DNA of 63,635 nucleotides, filler included, from Octopus bimaculoides (lineage: Eukaryota), in assembly GCF_001194135.2 (NCBI RefSeq). It is 6 parts of 6 records of this genome, joined end to end, with 100 filler letters (N's around TTAATTAATTAA, not from the genome) between each part and the next. Parts side by side here need not be neighbours in the genome. Positions count along the whole stretch, not along the records: positions 17,248 to 38,363 come from NC_068988.1; positions 38,464 to 58,984 come from NC_068990.1; 4 more parts are not named here. The stretch is one strand, 5' to 3'. This document shows, in pieces, positions 27,010-38,709 of the stretch (the stretch's first letter is position 1; the number at the start of each line of letters is the position of its first letter). Below the pieces are notes generated by a model, which was given only the letters and a program-made list of their open reading frames with translations, was not told the DNA's origin and ran no database searches. The translations under genes and the position numbers were made by a program.

Positions 27010-28200
27010 GGGTCCCCCGTTCCCTTATCAGGTGGTCAATGAGGAAACTAGGGATAGATGAGTGGTTAGAGAGAACTGTGCAAGCCATGTACAGGGACGC
27101 TATCAGTAAGGTGAGGGTTGGCAACAAGTACAGCGAAGAATTCCGGTTTGAGATAGGGGACCACCAAAATCCAGTCCTCCAGGCAATAACACAGGAATTC
27201 AAGATGGGATGCCCTTGGGAGCTCCTCTTTGCTGATGACCTTGCCCTAATTGCTGAGTCACTATCAGAACTAGAGGAGAAGTTTCAGGTGTGGAAGCAAG
27301 GACTAGAATCAAAGGGCCTTAGAGTCAACCTAGCTAAAACCAAAGTCTTAATAGGTAGGAAGGTAGACAAAACACAAACCCCTTCAGGTAGATGGCCCTG
27401 CTTGATCTGTAGAAAAGGAATAGGTAGAAACTCCATAAGATGCTCCCAGTGTAAGCTATGGACACATAAGAGGTGCAGCAATATCAAAGGCAGGCTAACT
27501 AGCAAGATAGTTTTTGTATGTGGCAGATGTACAGGAGCAATAAACACTGAAAATGTGCAGAAAACAACCTTTGTCACACTCCAGGGAGAAAAACTAGAAG
27601 TAGTTGATAGCTTCCGTTACCTAGGTGACCAAGTTTGTAGCAGGAGAAGGTGCGCTGAAAGTGTAGCTGCTAGCATAAGAATAGTTTGGGCAAAGTTCAG
27701 AGAGCTCTTACCTCTGCTGATGACAAAGGGCCTCTCACTCAGAGTAAAAGGTAGGCTGTATGACGCATTTGTACAAATCGCCATGCTACATGGCAGTGAA
27801 ACATGGGCCGTGACTGTTGAGGACATGCGTAAGCTCGCAAGAAATGAAAACAGTATGCTCCGATGGATGTGTAATGTCAGTGTGCATACTCGACAGAGTG
27901 TAAGTACCTTGAGAGAAAAGTTGAACCTAAGAAGCATCAGTTGTGGTGTGCAAGAGAGACGATTGTGCTGGTATGGACATGTGGCAAGAATGGATGAGGG
28001 TAGCTGTGTGAAAAAGTTCCACACCCTAACAGTTAAGAGAACCTGTGGAAGAGGTAGACCCAGGAAGACCTGGTATGAGATGGTGAAGCACGATCTTCGA
28101 ACTTTAGGCCTCACCAAGGCAATGACTAGTGACCGGATCCTTTGGAAATATGCAATACATGAGAAGACCCGGCAAGCCAAGTGAGAGCATAATCTGTGGC
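27010..28200 (+). mobile_element. RTE-clade LINE (PHD-in-RT family), RT C-terminal half in one open frame
   Basis: ORF 26955-28184: RVPRSLIRWSMRKLG...PWELLFADDLAL...RVNLAKTK...WPCLICRKGIGRNSIRCSQCKLWTHKRC...CGRC...EVVDSFRYLGD...RLCWYGHVARM...GRGRPRKTW. Confidence 0.9.
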
Positions 28201-28214
28201 TTCTTGAAGTGTAG

Positions 28215-28992
28215 CCAGCTCACTTATTCATATCTTGAGGATGCTTTTGTTTCATTATTAGAAGAATACATAGGGTGTGTAAACAAAAAGAATAAGGCAT
28301 GGATATCGCAAGAGACACAAGCAGCCAGAGAAGTAAGAAAGAAGCTAAAGGAAAAATTACTATCGGCAAGCTCAGAAGTAGAGATAAATAGATGTCAGGG
28401 AAATTAAAACCAACAAAATAAGAAAGTTAAAAAACAATTAAGAAGAGACAAGCGAAAATATTTCGGAAATTTAGCAATAACAGCAGAAAGTGTAGCTCAG
28501 CGCCAGAACATGAAAGAGCTGTACAACACAACTAAATTACTATCTGGGAAGAGAGTAAGAGTAGAAAAGGCAGTAAAAGGGAAGGATGGCCAGACGTTAA
28601 CATCAATTCTAGAACAAAAAATCGATGGAAGGAGCATTTTGAAGATTTTCTCAATAGACTACCTCCAGACACAATAGCCAACATTGTGCCAAGAAATTTG
28701 GATCTTAACATCAGCCTTGACCCACCGTCCAAGTTTGAAATAAGAAAGGCTATACAATTCCTTAAGAATGGGAAATCGGGAGGTGTAGACAATATTCCAG
28801 CTGAAGCAATGAAATCAGCTATAGAAATAGCGGTAGAAATGTTTCATCCATTATTTTCTAAGATATGGCAGGAAGAAAATGTGCCTAATGATTGGAAAGA
28901 GGGACTCATCGTAAGATTGCCAAAAAAAAGGTGATTTAAGCGTTTGCGGATATTATAGAGGGATTATGTTGTTATCGACTCCCGGAAAAGTT
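28215..28992 (+). mobile_element. RTE-clade LINE, second family without PHD: linker and RT N-terminal part
   Basis: NKAWISQET...RRDKRKY...EQKNRWKEHFEDFLN...EIRKAIQFLKNGKSGGVDNIPAE...VPNDWKEGLIVRLPKK-GDL...YRGIMLLSTPGKV, then a gap. Confidence 0.9.
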
Positions 28993-29552
28993 NNNNNNNN
29001 NNNNNNNNNNNNNNNNNNNNNNNNNNNNNNNNNNNNNNNNNNNNNNNNNNNNNNNNNNNNNNNNNNNNNNNNNNNNNNNNNNNNNNNNNNNNNNNNNNNN
29101 NNNNNNNNNNNNNNNNNNNNNNNNNNNNNNNNNNNNNNNNNNNNNNNNNNNNNNNNNNNNNNNNNNNNNNNNNNNNNNNNNNNNNNNNNNNNNNNNNNNN
29201 NNNNNNNNNNNNNNNNNNNNNNNNNNNNNNNNNNNNNNNNNNNNNNNNNNNNNNNNNNNNNNNNNNNNNNNNNNNNNNNNNNNNNNNNNNAGTAAAAGAA
29301 AACTATTTCAGTATCAAAACTGAAACAATCACATTTCGATACTGTAATGACAGTTTCACTTTAATGGTTTCATTTTAATACTACATACATATATACATAC
29401 ATACCTCATTCTAATTGGCGGGAATTATAAGTTATTTCTAACTCATCCTTCACCATGATAACAACAGAAAAAAAATAGTCACACATCTTTTTCAAATACG
29501 ATCGCCAAACATTTATTCCCTACAAACTGTAAGTTTTTTGGAAAATCTTTTC

Positions 29553-29655
29553 GTAAATCTTGAGATTAACACCCGCACGATTACCTACCTAACCCTAAAA
29601 CCCCAACTCTAACATTTTAGTGAAAATCGTGCGGGTGTTAATCTGAAAATTTAAC
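29553..29655. mobile_element. Decayed copy of the GGTAA-type MITE
   Basis: agattaacacccgcacgatt ... aatcgtgcgggtgttaatct flanking cctaaccctaaaacccc. Confidence 0.6.
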
Positions 29656-30239
29656 AATCTTTTTTAAAGCACTTTTATATGTCTTGCAAACAACTCGCAC
29701 ATGCAAGTGCTACCAGTCAAGAACTCCAGCAAGTGTATGGGGTCATCAGGAGATTTATTTAGTGTGTGTGTGTGTGTATATATATATACACTTAAGACTT
29801 AGTTGTGGGTTGGGACTTTCATCGGCAGAGGTCATTATTATTACGACCATATATATATACACACAGAATGCACATTAATACGCACATACATACAAATACC
29901 TATCATTCTTTTATATTTAGTGTGTGTGTGTGTGTTTTGCCCATCTTAATATATAATGCTGAAGTTCTGTATCTGTGAAGCCTTTTTAAAAGTTTATAGA
30001 AATCCACATTTTCCACTTTTTCGTCCTAACCCTAACACTGTAGTCAATATTGTGCTGGTGTTAATCTGAAAATTTAATAATCTTTTTTAAAACACTTTTA
30101 CTTACTAACATTTTTTTATTTAGTGTGTGTGTGTGTGTTGGCCATATATTTATACACTTAAGACTTAGTTGTGGGTTGGGAGTTTGATCGGCAGACGTCA
30201 TTATTATTATTATTATTATTATTTGAAATTTTTCCTCCA

Positions 30240-30385
30240 AAGGCGGCTTCAGGCAGGTGGAGAATAGTTGATTATATCGACCCCTGTGTCCAACTGGTAC
30301 TTATTTTTTAGACCCTGAAAGGATGAAAGGCAAAGTCAACTTCGGCGGAATTTGAACTCAGAACGTAGAGATGGGTACAAACCTC
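30240..30385 (-). mobile_element. SINE family B (partial)
   Basis: ctggtacttattttttagaccctgaaaggatgaaaggcaaagtcaacttcggcggaatttgaactcagaacg. Confidence 0.8.
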
Positions 30386-31711
30386 TCGTTGCTACACTGA
30401 TTCTGCAGAACAGGGTTGAGTGTGAAAACCAACTTTAAAGTGTAAATATAGATGTTTTTGAATACACACTCATACATACATATATACAAATACCTGTCAG
30501 TCTCTTCCAAATATGATCGACAGTCAAACATTTATTCCTTACAAACTGAATTTTCTTAATATCTTTCTTAAAACACATTTACTTACGACCATATATATAT
30601 ATACATACAGAATGCACATTAATACACACATACATNNNNNNNNNNNNNNNNNNNNNNNNNNNNNNNNNNNNNNNNNNNNNNNNNNNNNNNNNNNNNNNNN
30701 NNNNNNNNNNNNNNNNNNNNNNNNNNNNNNNNNNNNNNNNNNNNNNNNNNNNNNNNNNNNNNNNNNNNNNNNNNNNNNNNNNNNNNNNNNNNNNNNNNNN
30801 NNNNNNNNNNNNNNNNNNNNNNNNNNNNNNNNNNNNNNNNNNNNNNNNNNNNNNNNNNNNNNNNNNNNNNNNNNNNNNNNNNNNNNNNNNNNNNNNNNNN
30901 NNNNNNNNNNNNNNNNNNNNNNNNNNNNNNNNNNNNNNNNNNNNNNNNNNNNNNNNNNNNNNNNNNNNNNNNNNNNNNNNNNNNNNNNNNNNNNNNNNNN
31001 NNNNNNNNNNNNNNNNNNNNNNNNNNNNNNNNNNNNNNNNNNNNNNNNNNNNNNNNNNNNNNNNNNNNNNNNNNNNNNNNNNNNNNNNNNNNNNNNNNNN
31101 NNNNNNNNNNNNNNNNNNNNNNNNNNNNNNNNNNNNNNNNNNNNNNNNNNNNNNNNNNNNNNNNNNNNNNNNNNNNNNNNNNNNNNNNNNNNNNNNNNNN
31201 NNNNNNNNNNNNNNNNNNNNNNNNNNNNNNNNNNNNNNNNNNNNNNNNNNNNNNNNNATTCTTTCCTTCTACCTTTTCACTCTTACTTCGTTCTTCTTCC
31301 TCTCTCTCATTTAATAGCTTTCTTCTATCCCTCTACCTCTAACATATTTTTCATAACATAGAAATGTAAAAATACACAACCACACATACGTGATCTGTGA
31401 CAACATACACATAAACACATACACACATCAACGTTATAGATATAAGATTTAGTTTCTGTGTGTTTCTTATATAAACATGCACACGCATTGCTATTTTATA
31501 ACTGTCTTCCGTTCTCCCTTCCTCTCTTTCTCTTTCTTCATTGCTCCCGTTCTCTATTCCTTTCTCCCCCCTCTCTCGCACTCTCAAACGCATACACGCG
31601 CACGTACACACAAGCATTCCCTAACTCATGTTCGTCAATGTTTTGTAAATATACAAACTACGGAGCTTATGGACAACACATTGCAAATCAGTGAACTTCA
31701 TTACAAATGTG

Positions 31712-31895
31712 GGTAATTTTTCAGATTAACACCCGCACGATTTTCACTAGGGTGTTAGGGTTACGGTTTTGGGGTTAGGGTTTTAGGGTTACGGTTAGGG
31801 TTAGAGTTACGATGAGGGTTAGTGTTATGGTTACGGTTTTAGGGTCTAAGAATTACGGTTACGTAATTGTGCGGGTGTTAATCTGAAAAATTACC
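31712..31895. mobile_element. MITE with 27-bp TIRs starting GGTAA, 8-bp TSD and a TTAGGG-like interior (Merlin-like)
   Basis: TIRs GGTAATTTTTCAGATTAACACCCGCAC and GTGCGGGTGTTAATCTGAAAAATTACC. TSD caaatgtg / aaaatgtg (7 of 8 match). The interior consists of degenerate ttagggtt / ttacggtt units. Confidence 0.85.
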
Positions 31896-31899
31896 AAAA

Positions 31900-32470
31900 T
31901 GTGAAAACTACCAACCCTGCCAACTATTATAACTCTTGTTGTTCTCTTTAATATGTACATAGATTATGCCTCCAAACAAGACAACTTGCTGGGGAAAGAA
32001 AGCAACCGGTTTAAAAAGACAGCAACAGACTGCATCAATTCAACACATTCCAGAAGCTACTTTGAACATAATGCAAAATAGTGCATCAACATCTACTGCC
32101 CAATCTGATACAATTCTGGCAGAACTGTGTAGCAACAGATCACCAGCAATTGCTTCATCAGAAATTGCTGACCTACCTCCTACGAAAAGTAATTACCCTG
32201 CTTTGTATAATCAAGGCAGCGCAAAAAGTGGTTTTGCACAATCATTTCTATAGCCAATTAGACGGATGAAATTTACATACGCTTAATAATGTTACGCCAA
32301 ACAGCCTTCAGACTTTCCCTATTAATTTCGTCTTTTGAATTATGAACATATTTACACCATAAGGGTTTTTTCGTTGCAAGGCTTTCTTTTTTAGTTGATT
32401 TTCACCTAGCAAGACTTATTGTAGATGGCGTAATAAGTTACACCCGGACAACGTCGGGTTATACTGCTAG
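31900..32470 (+). mobile_element. Helitron 3' terminal portion (non-autonomous); 5' boundary unknown
   Basis: GC hairpin CCCG-GACAACGT-CGGG at 32443-32458, followed by ttatactgCTAG ending at 32470 and then T, which is the canonical Helitron 3' end. A short upstream ORF begins MPPNKTTCWGKK. Confidence 0.6.
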
Positions 32471-32477
32471 TATATCT

Positions 32478-33015
32478 TTAATTAGAGCAACTTACCAAGG
32501 AATGTCATGCTGAGTCTTACATGGAAATGGAGCTATGGATAAATTTGAAGTAAAAACAGGAGTTCGGCAGGGCTGTATACTTTCTCCCTTTTTATTTCTA
32601 CTAGTTATAGATTGGATTATGAAGGAAACTACGATTGAAAGCCAAACAAGCATTCAATGGATGGATGCAGAAGCTCTAGAAGATCTCGACTTTGCAGATG
32701 ATATAGTGCTACTTTCACAAACATATAGCCAAATGCAAAATTAAATGTCAAAATTAAAAGTAATAGCTGCCAAACTGCGACAAATAAAAAGTTATGCACG
32801 TTAATGAAGTAAACAGTGAACATATTAAACTAGAAACCGGTGAACTAGAGGATGTAGCTGAGTTTAGGTATTTAGGTAGTAAGATAACGTTCTCAGGCGG
32901 CACCGACAAAGATATTAAGACGAGAATAAGTAAGGTAAGGACCGCTTTCCACCTGTTAAAAAAAGTATGGAGCGCAAGTGTAATTTCAATAAAGAACAAA
33001 ATAAGAATTTTTAAC
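32478..33015 (+). mobile_element. RTE-clade LINE, second family: RT core; probable continuation of 28215-28992
   Basis: IRATYQGMSC...DKFEVKTGVRQGCILSPFLFLLVIDWIM...LEDLDFADDIVLLS...LEDVAEFRYLGS...DIKTRISKVRTAF. Confidence 0.9.
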
Positions 33016-33199
33016 ACTAAGTTATGGGGACGTAAACACACCAGCATCAATTGTCAAGTGATGTTGGGGGAACAAACTCAGACACACAAACATATACATA
33101 CACATACATATATACATATATACAACGGGCTTATTTCAGTTTCTGTCTTCCAAATCCACTCACAAGGCTTTGGTCAGCCCGGGGCTATAGTAGAAGACA
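33015..33199 (-). mobile_element. SINE family A (partial, runs into a gap)
   Basis: ctaagttatggggacgtaaacacaccagc...ccaaatccactcacaaggctttggtcagccc. Confidence 0.8.
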
Positions 33200-33789
33200 N
33201 NNNNNNNNNNNNNNNNNNNNNNNNNNNNNNNNNNNNNNNNNNNNNNNNNNNNNNNNNNNNNNNNNNNNNNNNNNNNNNNNNNNNNNNNNNNNNNNNNNNG
33301 ACTCGCCCTTCCGGTCAGCCTCCCCAGACACTGACGTCATACCACAGAAGTCAAAAGTTGACCCTACACCATAGCAGTTTGTTATACATGGCCGTTATGA
33401 AATGTACCATATATTTTTAATATTGAAACAAATGCCAGTTTGTATAATACTTTCTATCTCTCAAGTTTAAACAAGATCCATTTCAAGTATTGCGGTAGTT
33501 AGGTATATACACAGAATTAAAACAATGGATGTACGAGTTTGCTTTAAAATTGAGCTAAAAATCTCAGCTGAGCATCCTTTAGATCATTAAAATTTGAATT
33601 AATACATTTCCTGTAAGTATTCATCCTAATTCTTACTTGATTGTATCTTATTTTCATGGCAGTTATATCTGTTCTTAGTTTCGTTAACTTTGTAATGCAT
33701 TGGACTTCGTCCCATCCACATATGCCACATAATTGTCAAAGAGGAAAACATTATTTGTGAACCATGAGTCATTTCAAGTCTCTGATTAA

Positions 33790-36415
33790 TAATCATCATC
33801 AATTTCAGTATTACTGTCCGATCCACTCTGTCAAGGAAATCACTTTCACTAAGTTCACTGTCACTATCAGGATCAGAATCTGATGCGCAAGTTTCATCTT
33901 CAAGTTCTTCTTCCAGAATATCTACTAACTGATGGGGCATCACCTCACCCCTCTGTCCACTTTGGCCTTATGATTCCAGCTTCCATTGTCCATCCATGTC
34001 CTTCATATCCTGGTCTGGAAGTTGCTTCACCAAACATGTTGCTTGCAGATATATCTACATGGAGGCAGTGAAGCAAGATCAAATTGCTTAGATTTTGTGA
34101 AATAATCCTTCCTACTGCACTTTGCTTGCAAGATTATGAACTACAATGTATTCACCTTTTTTTGTCCTTTTGTTACCATGCAGCACACATGTGAACCTCT
34201 CCAGTTCATTCATCACTTCCTCGTTGACTTCCCAAGACTCCCCTAACTTGGAGAATGCTTTCTGGAATGATTCATCTATTTCAACGACTTTCAGTCCCTT
34301 CACTTTCCCCTTCCCTTTGAAGGCACTGGTACTATTGCACCTGGTGAAGGCATGATGACTCAGCAATGCAGAACAGAGAACAAGCATGGAAGACATAGCC
34401 AGCTTGGTCACATCGATACAGTGTTGTGTGTTGCTCTTTCCAGTTTCAAACAGAATTTGAAGTCCTTCCAGGAATCTAGCATGTTGAAGTAAGATGAAAA
34501 ATATGTCTGAATCAGGACTCCTCATGCAAACGGATTTGCATCTCTGTTCTTTGGCATACATGCAATACAGGATCACATGAGTGTCAGTTTCTTCCTGTGA
34601 AGATTTGAGAGAGTGTACTGCTTGACAGAATGTGTAATGTCCATCTGATGTCAACTGGCAAGCTTTTCCTTCACATATTAGTATCATCTCATGTCCAGTG
34701 AGAATGTTGGCAGACACCTCACTCCTCCAAGTTGAGAGCAAAAGCTGAATGAACTGTGTCTTGTTCTCATCGTTTGCAAGAAAGACTTTCCAGTCTTTCA
34801 GATGCTTTGTTTTCTCACCACTCAGGATGAGTTTGTCTCCAGCACTTTGTCTGTTTGTACCCCTTTTACATAATCTTCCTTGTACATGTCAGTGCTAAAT
34901 ATGACAGGTGAAGAGTAGATCCCAACATCTTATGAGATATTTCCCCGAATGTTTGTGGAATCTCATGCAAGCAATGGAACACTGCATTTCCATCCTCTAT
35001 GATGAAGCTCTGTCTTGGATCAAGTAACTGTGCATCATCACATTCTTTCACATGTTTGAAGCCTTTCAATTTGTCTGTTTTTGCTAAAAATCCATGTCAA
35101 TCCAATGCTGGCATCAATGGGTATGTTATCAGTTTGTCAAGGTCAAGTTTCCGATCAATCTGTGCTTAAGACTCCACAAGTAAGTGAAACGCTATGTTTA
35201 CCTGCTGCTTTTACTCGACAACTTTGTTTTGAGAAGATGAGAGTTTCACAGACTTGTGCATGTATGCCATGGTTTTCAAATTTGGGTGTTTAATAGAATC
35301 AAAAAAGCCATCCTTCTTCACTAGTCTGTTTTCTATGAAGTCTTCCTTTGCTAGCCTACAAACAGTTTCAGCAGTGAGGACATCCTTTGCAACTTCTTCT
35401 GAAACCAGAGCGCCAGATAATAGATTGTACAACTTCTCATCATCTGGGATGTTGAAAGGGTTGTTGAAGCACTTGATAGCTGCAATGGTCCGTGAGACAA
35501 GTTTCTTGCTAGTTGCAATTTCACAAGGGTGAACATCCCAATATTGCAGTCTTTGTCTTCTTCATCAGACATTCCCACTAGATAAAAATGTAGCCTGAAG
35601 AAATTTGGCTCATTCTTTACCTAACTTTGTTCATCATTGATAAGCACTGTAGTTTGTCTGCAGACCACTAATGTCTGCTCCAGCCGAGCCACTTCCACCT
35701 TTTGATTTTGCTTGCTTCATAAAAGTTTTTTTGATTGTCTTGTCGACAGCACACCTATTTTCTGGAATAAAGTATCTCGCCACACTGATTGCACTTCTCT
35801 TTAGCAAATCCTCCACACTGGAATGAGAATGTTCAATGTTAGCAATAAACATCTAAAAGAATGCAAGGTACCAGGCATAGTTGTGTCCTCCAAAGCTGAA
35901 GAAAGGGTCAAGCATAAGGTAGAGGCACTGTGCGTATACTGTACAGCTTGTAGAAAGCACATTGTCAACTAAACATGGTTGATGTATGACATCCAAAGCA
36001 CAGCAGTCTTTCCATGTTGGCTGAGTGAATGTTCTCACGGAAATGGAGGTATTCTTCAATGTATGAACAAATTTTCTGATCATTCAATGCTGCATTTTCA
36101 GTCTCCTTACTGGGAGATGTTTGATAGTTTTCCAAATGGAAAACAAGCCAGCATCAATCTCTCAAGGGCTTCCATCAGAACTTTGTGGCAATTAAGTAAG
36201 CGTGCATAGTTCTTGGCTGAAATGACACCCATCAAAGACCCAGATGTTGTAAGACTGACTTCAAGTAAGATATCAGCAAATCCTGTTCCATGGGGGTACC
36301 TTCTATCCCAGTTTTTTTTTTGTGTGCTGGCAACATAAATTTTCTGACTTGTTAGACCCAGAGCTATATGAAAATCCCCATTAAAGTAAATCACAAGTGG
36401 CCTAATAACATTGCT
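33790..36415 (-). mobile_element. Academ (AcademX-type) DNA transposon remnant: transposase fused to an XPG/FEN1-like nuclease, pseudogenised and 5'-truncated
   Basis: Transposase part: GDFH...GTGFADILLE...GSLMGVISAKNYARLLNCHKVLMEALERL; PFFSFGGHNYAWYL; AVDKTIKKTFMKQAKSKGG. Then IIEDGNAVFH. XPG part: SSQEETDTHVILY...RSPDSDIFFILL...HAFTRCNSTSAFKGKGK, followed by an acidic tail. Many stops and frameshifts. Confidence 0.8.
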
Positions 36416-37072
36416 GAAAAATCAACAAGGAGCAACACACACTACACTAGCTGTTAACATGTTATCAGAACTTTCTCTTCAAAGAAATAAATTCTACTTA
36501 TTTTACATAATAATTAATAAATGTCATAATATTATGACTTTTTAATTATTGATATATTACTTAATATGTTATTTGTCTTTATAAGATGATTGTACTAAAT
36601 GATAAAAAGAAAATGAATGTAGTGCCACCCAAGAGCTAAACATGATAGGAGGTATCTGCTTTTATACATAAGTACACTTGAAAACTTATCAAAATGCAAT
36701 TAACAATTTTATCTTCTTTAGCCATCCCATCTGAATTTGTGGTAGTGTGTTAGTCTTTTCAAGTAGAAATTACATTGTGTTACTTGTACAGTTATAAAAA
36801 GTTTATTAAATGCTAAAAATCTTGGACGTTATATAATGGGCTTGCATATGCATTTATAGTCACATATATACACACACAGTTATACTTACACACATGCATA
36901 CATATACACAGTTGCATTTACACACTTACACACATGTAGTCACATTTATACAAACACACACATGCATGCACACACATACACATGCACACATACATGTACA
37001 CATATTCACTCTCACACATTTGTACAAATGGTATCAGTATTCTAATTCTGTACTTTTTCTTTTCCAGAAATT

Positions 37073-37415
37073 ATGAATAGCTATAGATATATACGGCAGT
37101 ACACTGGTGCTGTGAAAGCTGTTATACTGGACTGGTCTGGCACAACAATTGACCGTTATGTAATGGCACCAGCTGTCGCATTTGTTGATGTCTTCCAGAA
37201 ACATGGGGTCTCTGTATCAATGTCTGAGGCTCGAGTGCCAATGGGTTTACGGAAGGATGCACACATCAAAGCATTAACAGAAAATGTTGATGTCAGACAA
37301 AGATGGAAGGAAGTACATGGAAGATTCCCTGATCATTCAGATGTTGAGAAAATGTATCATGATTTTGTGCCCTTACAACTCTCAGTTCTTTCCAAGTATA
37401 GCAAGTTACTTCCAG
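37073..37415 (+). CDS. phnX: Phosphonoacetaldehyde hydrolase (phosphonatase, HAD superfamily), coding exon for aa 1-114; the rest of the gene was not found in this window
   Basis: Translation MNSYRYIRQYTGAVKAVILDWSGTTIDRYVMAPAVAFVDVFQKHGVSVSMSEARVPMGLRKDAHIKAL...RWKEVHGRFP...MYHDFVPLQLSVLSKYSKLLPG. HAD motif I is DWSGT (bacterial DWAGT). The cap motif EARxPMGLxKxxH has the Schiff-base Lys 41 residues after the nucleophile Asp, as in Bacillus cereus PhnX (D12/K53). Acceptor tactttttcttttccAG ends at 37067 and donor CCAG|GTAAGT starts at 37416 (phase 1). Confidence 0.9.
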
Positions 37416-38363
37416 GTAAGTGTGGATCAAGCTCTCATCTTTTACATTAAGTGACACCTTAGATTCTCAACTGTCACCTCCTCCAAGCTGGTATGTTAAC
37501 TCTTCTCAATTACCAAATGATGGTATTAGACAAGGTGTTAAGTCTCCCTCTCAATGACCAGGGGATTGTGTTAAGTCTGCTTCCCAGAGATCGGGTTGTA
37601 TGTTAGAACTATCAACATTTACATCATCTCACAGTGCAAGTATCTATTTTTAATGCATCTGTGACTGTAAACTTCTCATCTGAAAAGAAACCCTTTCCCT
37701 TTAGGGTTAAGAAGCCAGTGAAGAAGCGACGTCTTGTTGGTTATCCAATTGAGAGGGTATTAACAACAGGTGATGTGAAATGATTGCAACCTTTGACCTT
37801 AATCCATATTAGTTTCTGATCATTTGGCCTAATGATTTCAAAGGTAGTTATTATTAAATAATGGTAATATATTTCATCTCAGTTGATTATATTGACTTCA
37901 GTATATAGTTGAATCTCTATGGAATGTGATACAAAGTAAACTCAGCAGGATTTGAATTCAGAATATATAAAGAGGCAACTAAATACTATTATATGTTTAG
38001 ATAGTCAATCTAAGATTTCAATCATTGTGATAATAATGATTTCTATCAGTAGCACCAATTTGTAGGCAGAGTACTAATTAAATCATCCCTAGGACTTGCC
38101 TGCTCCAAATTTTGTTGACCACAGAAAACTGAAATGTTATATGGACTGTTAGATATGTAATTCGTCTGACGTTCCATGTGTCATGTGGTTCGTCTGAGTT
38201 CATTGTTTCATTGTTGTTGTCTTGTGGGACTGTCGTAGTAAAAGGTCATTGATAGATATATGGCGGACATGACTTTTGTTTATTCATAACGAACATTGGG
38301 TGAGTGCGTTCTTTGTATGTAATTGAACAATAAATGTAATAATTAAATTGTATAACTCGTTAT

Positions 38364-38463
38364 NNNNNNNNNNNNNNNNNNNNNNNNNNNNNNNNNNNNN
38401 NNNNNNNTTAATTAATTAANNNNNNNNNNNNNNNNNNNNNNNNNNNNNNNNNNNNNNNNNNNN
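38364..38463. other. Synthetic 100-nt scaffold join (44 N + TTAATTAATTAA + 44 N); the same spacer occurs around 17192, 59029, 60213 and 62232
   Basis: An identical 12-mer with stop codons in all six frames is centred in N runs five times in the window. Confidence 0.9.
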
Positions 38464-38495
<32 letters not shown>

Positions 38496-38709
38496 GTATA
38501 TATACAACACACACACACATATATATATATACATATGTACGGATATGTGTATATACACATATAGATATACATATATATGCATATGTATATATATCATATA
38601 TATAAATATATACTTATGCATATATATATATGTTTATATTTATATATTTATATATACATACACATATCTACATTATTATACTTCGTCTCACAGAGCATAA
38701 TAGGAGTAT

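Noticed and set aside
37073-37415. phnX as bacterial contamination
   Set aside because: The ORF is bounded by spliceosomal acceptor and donor sites at a phase-1 position, has no operon neighbours or RBS, and is contiguous with animal microsatellites and an Academ element.
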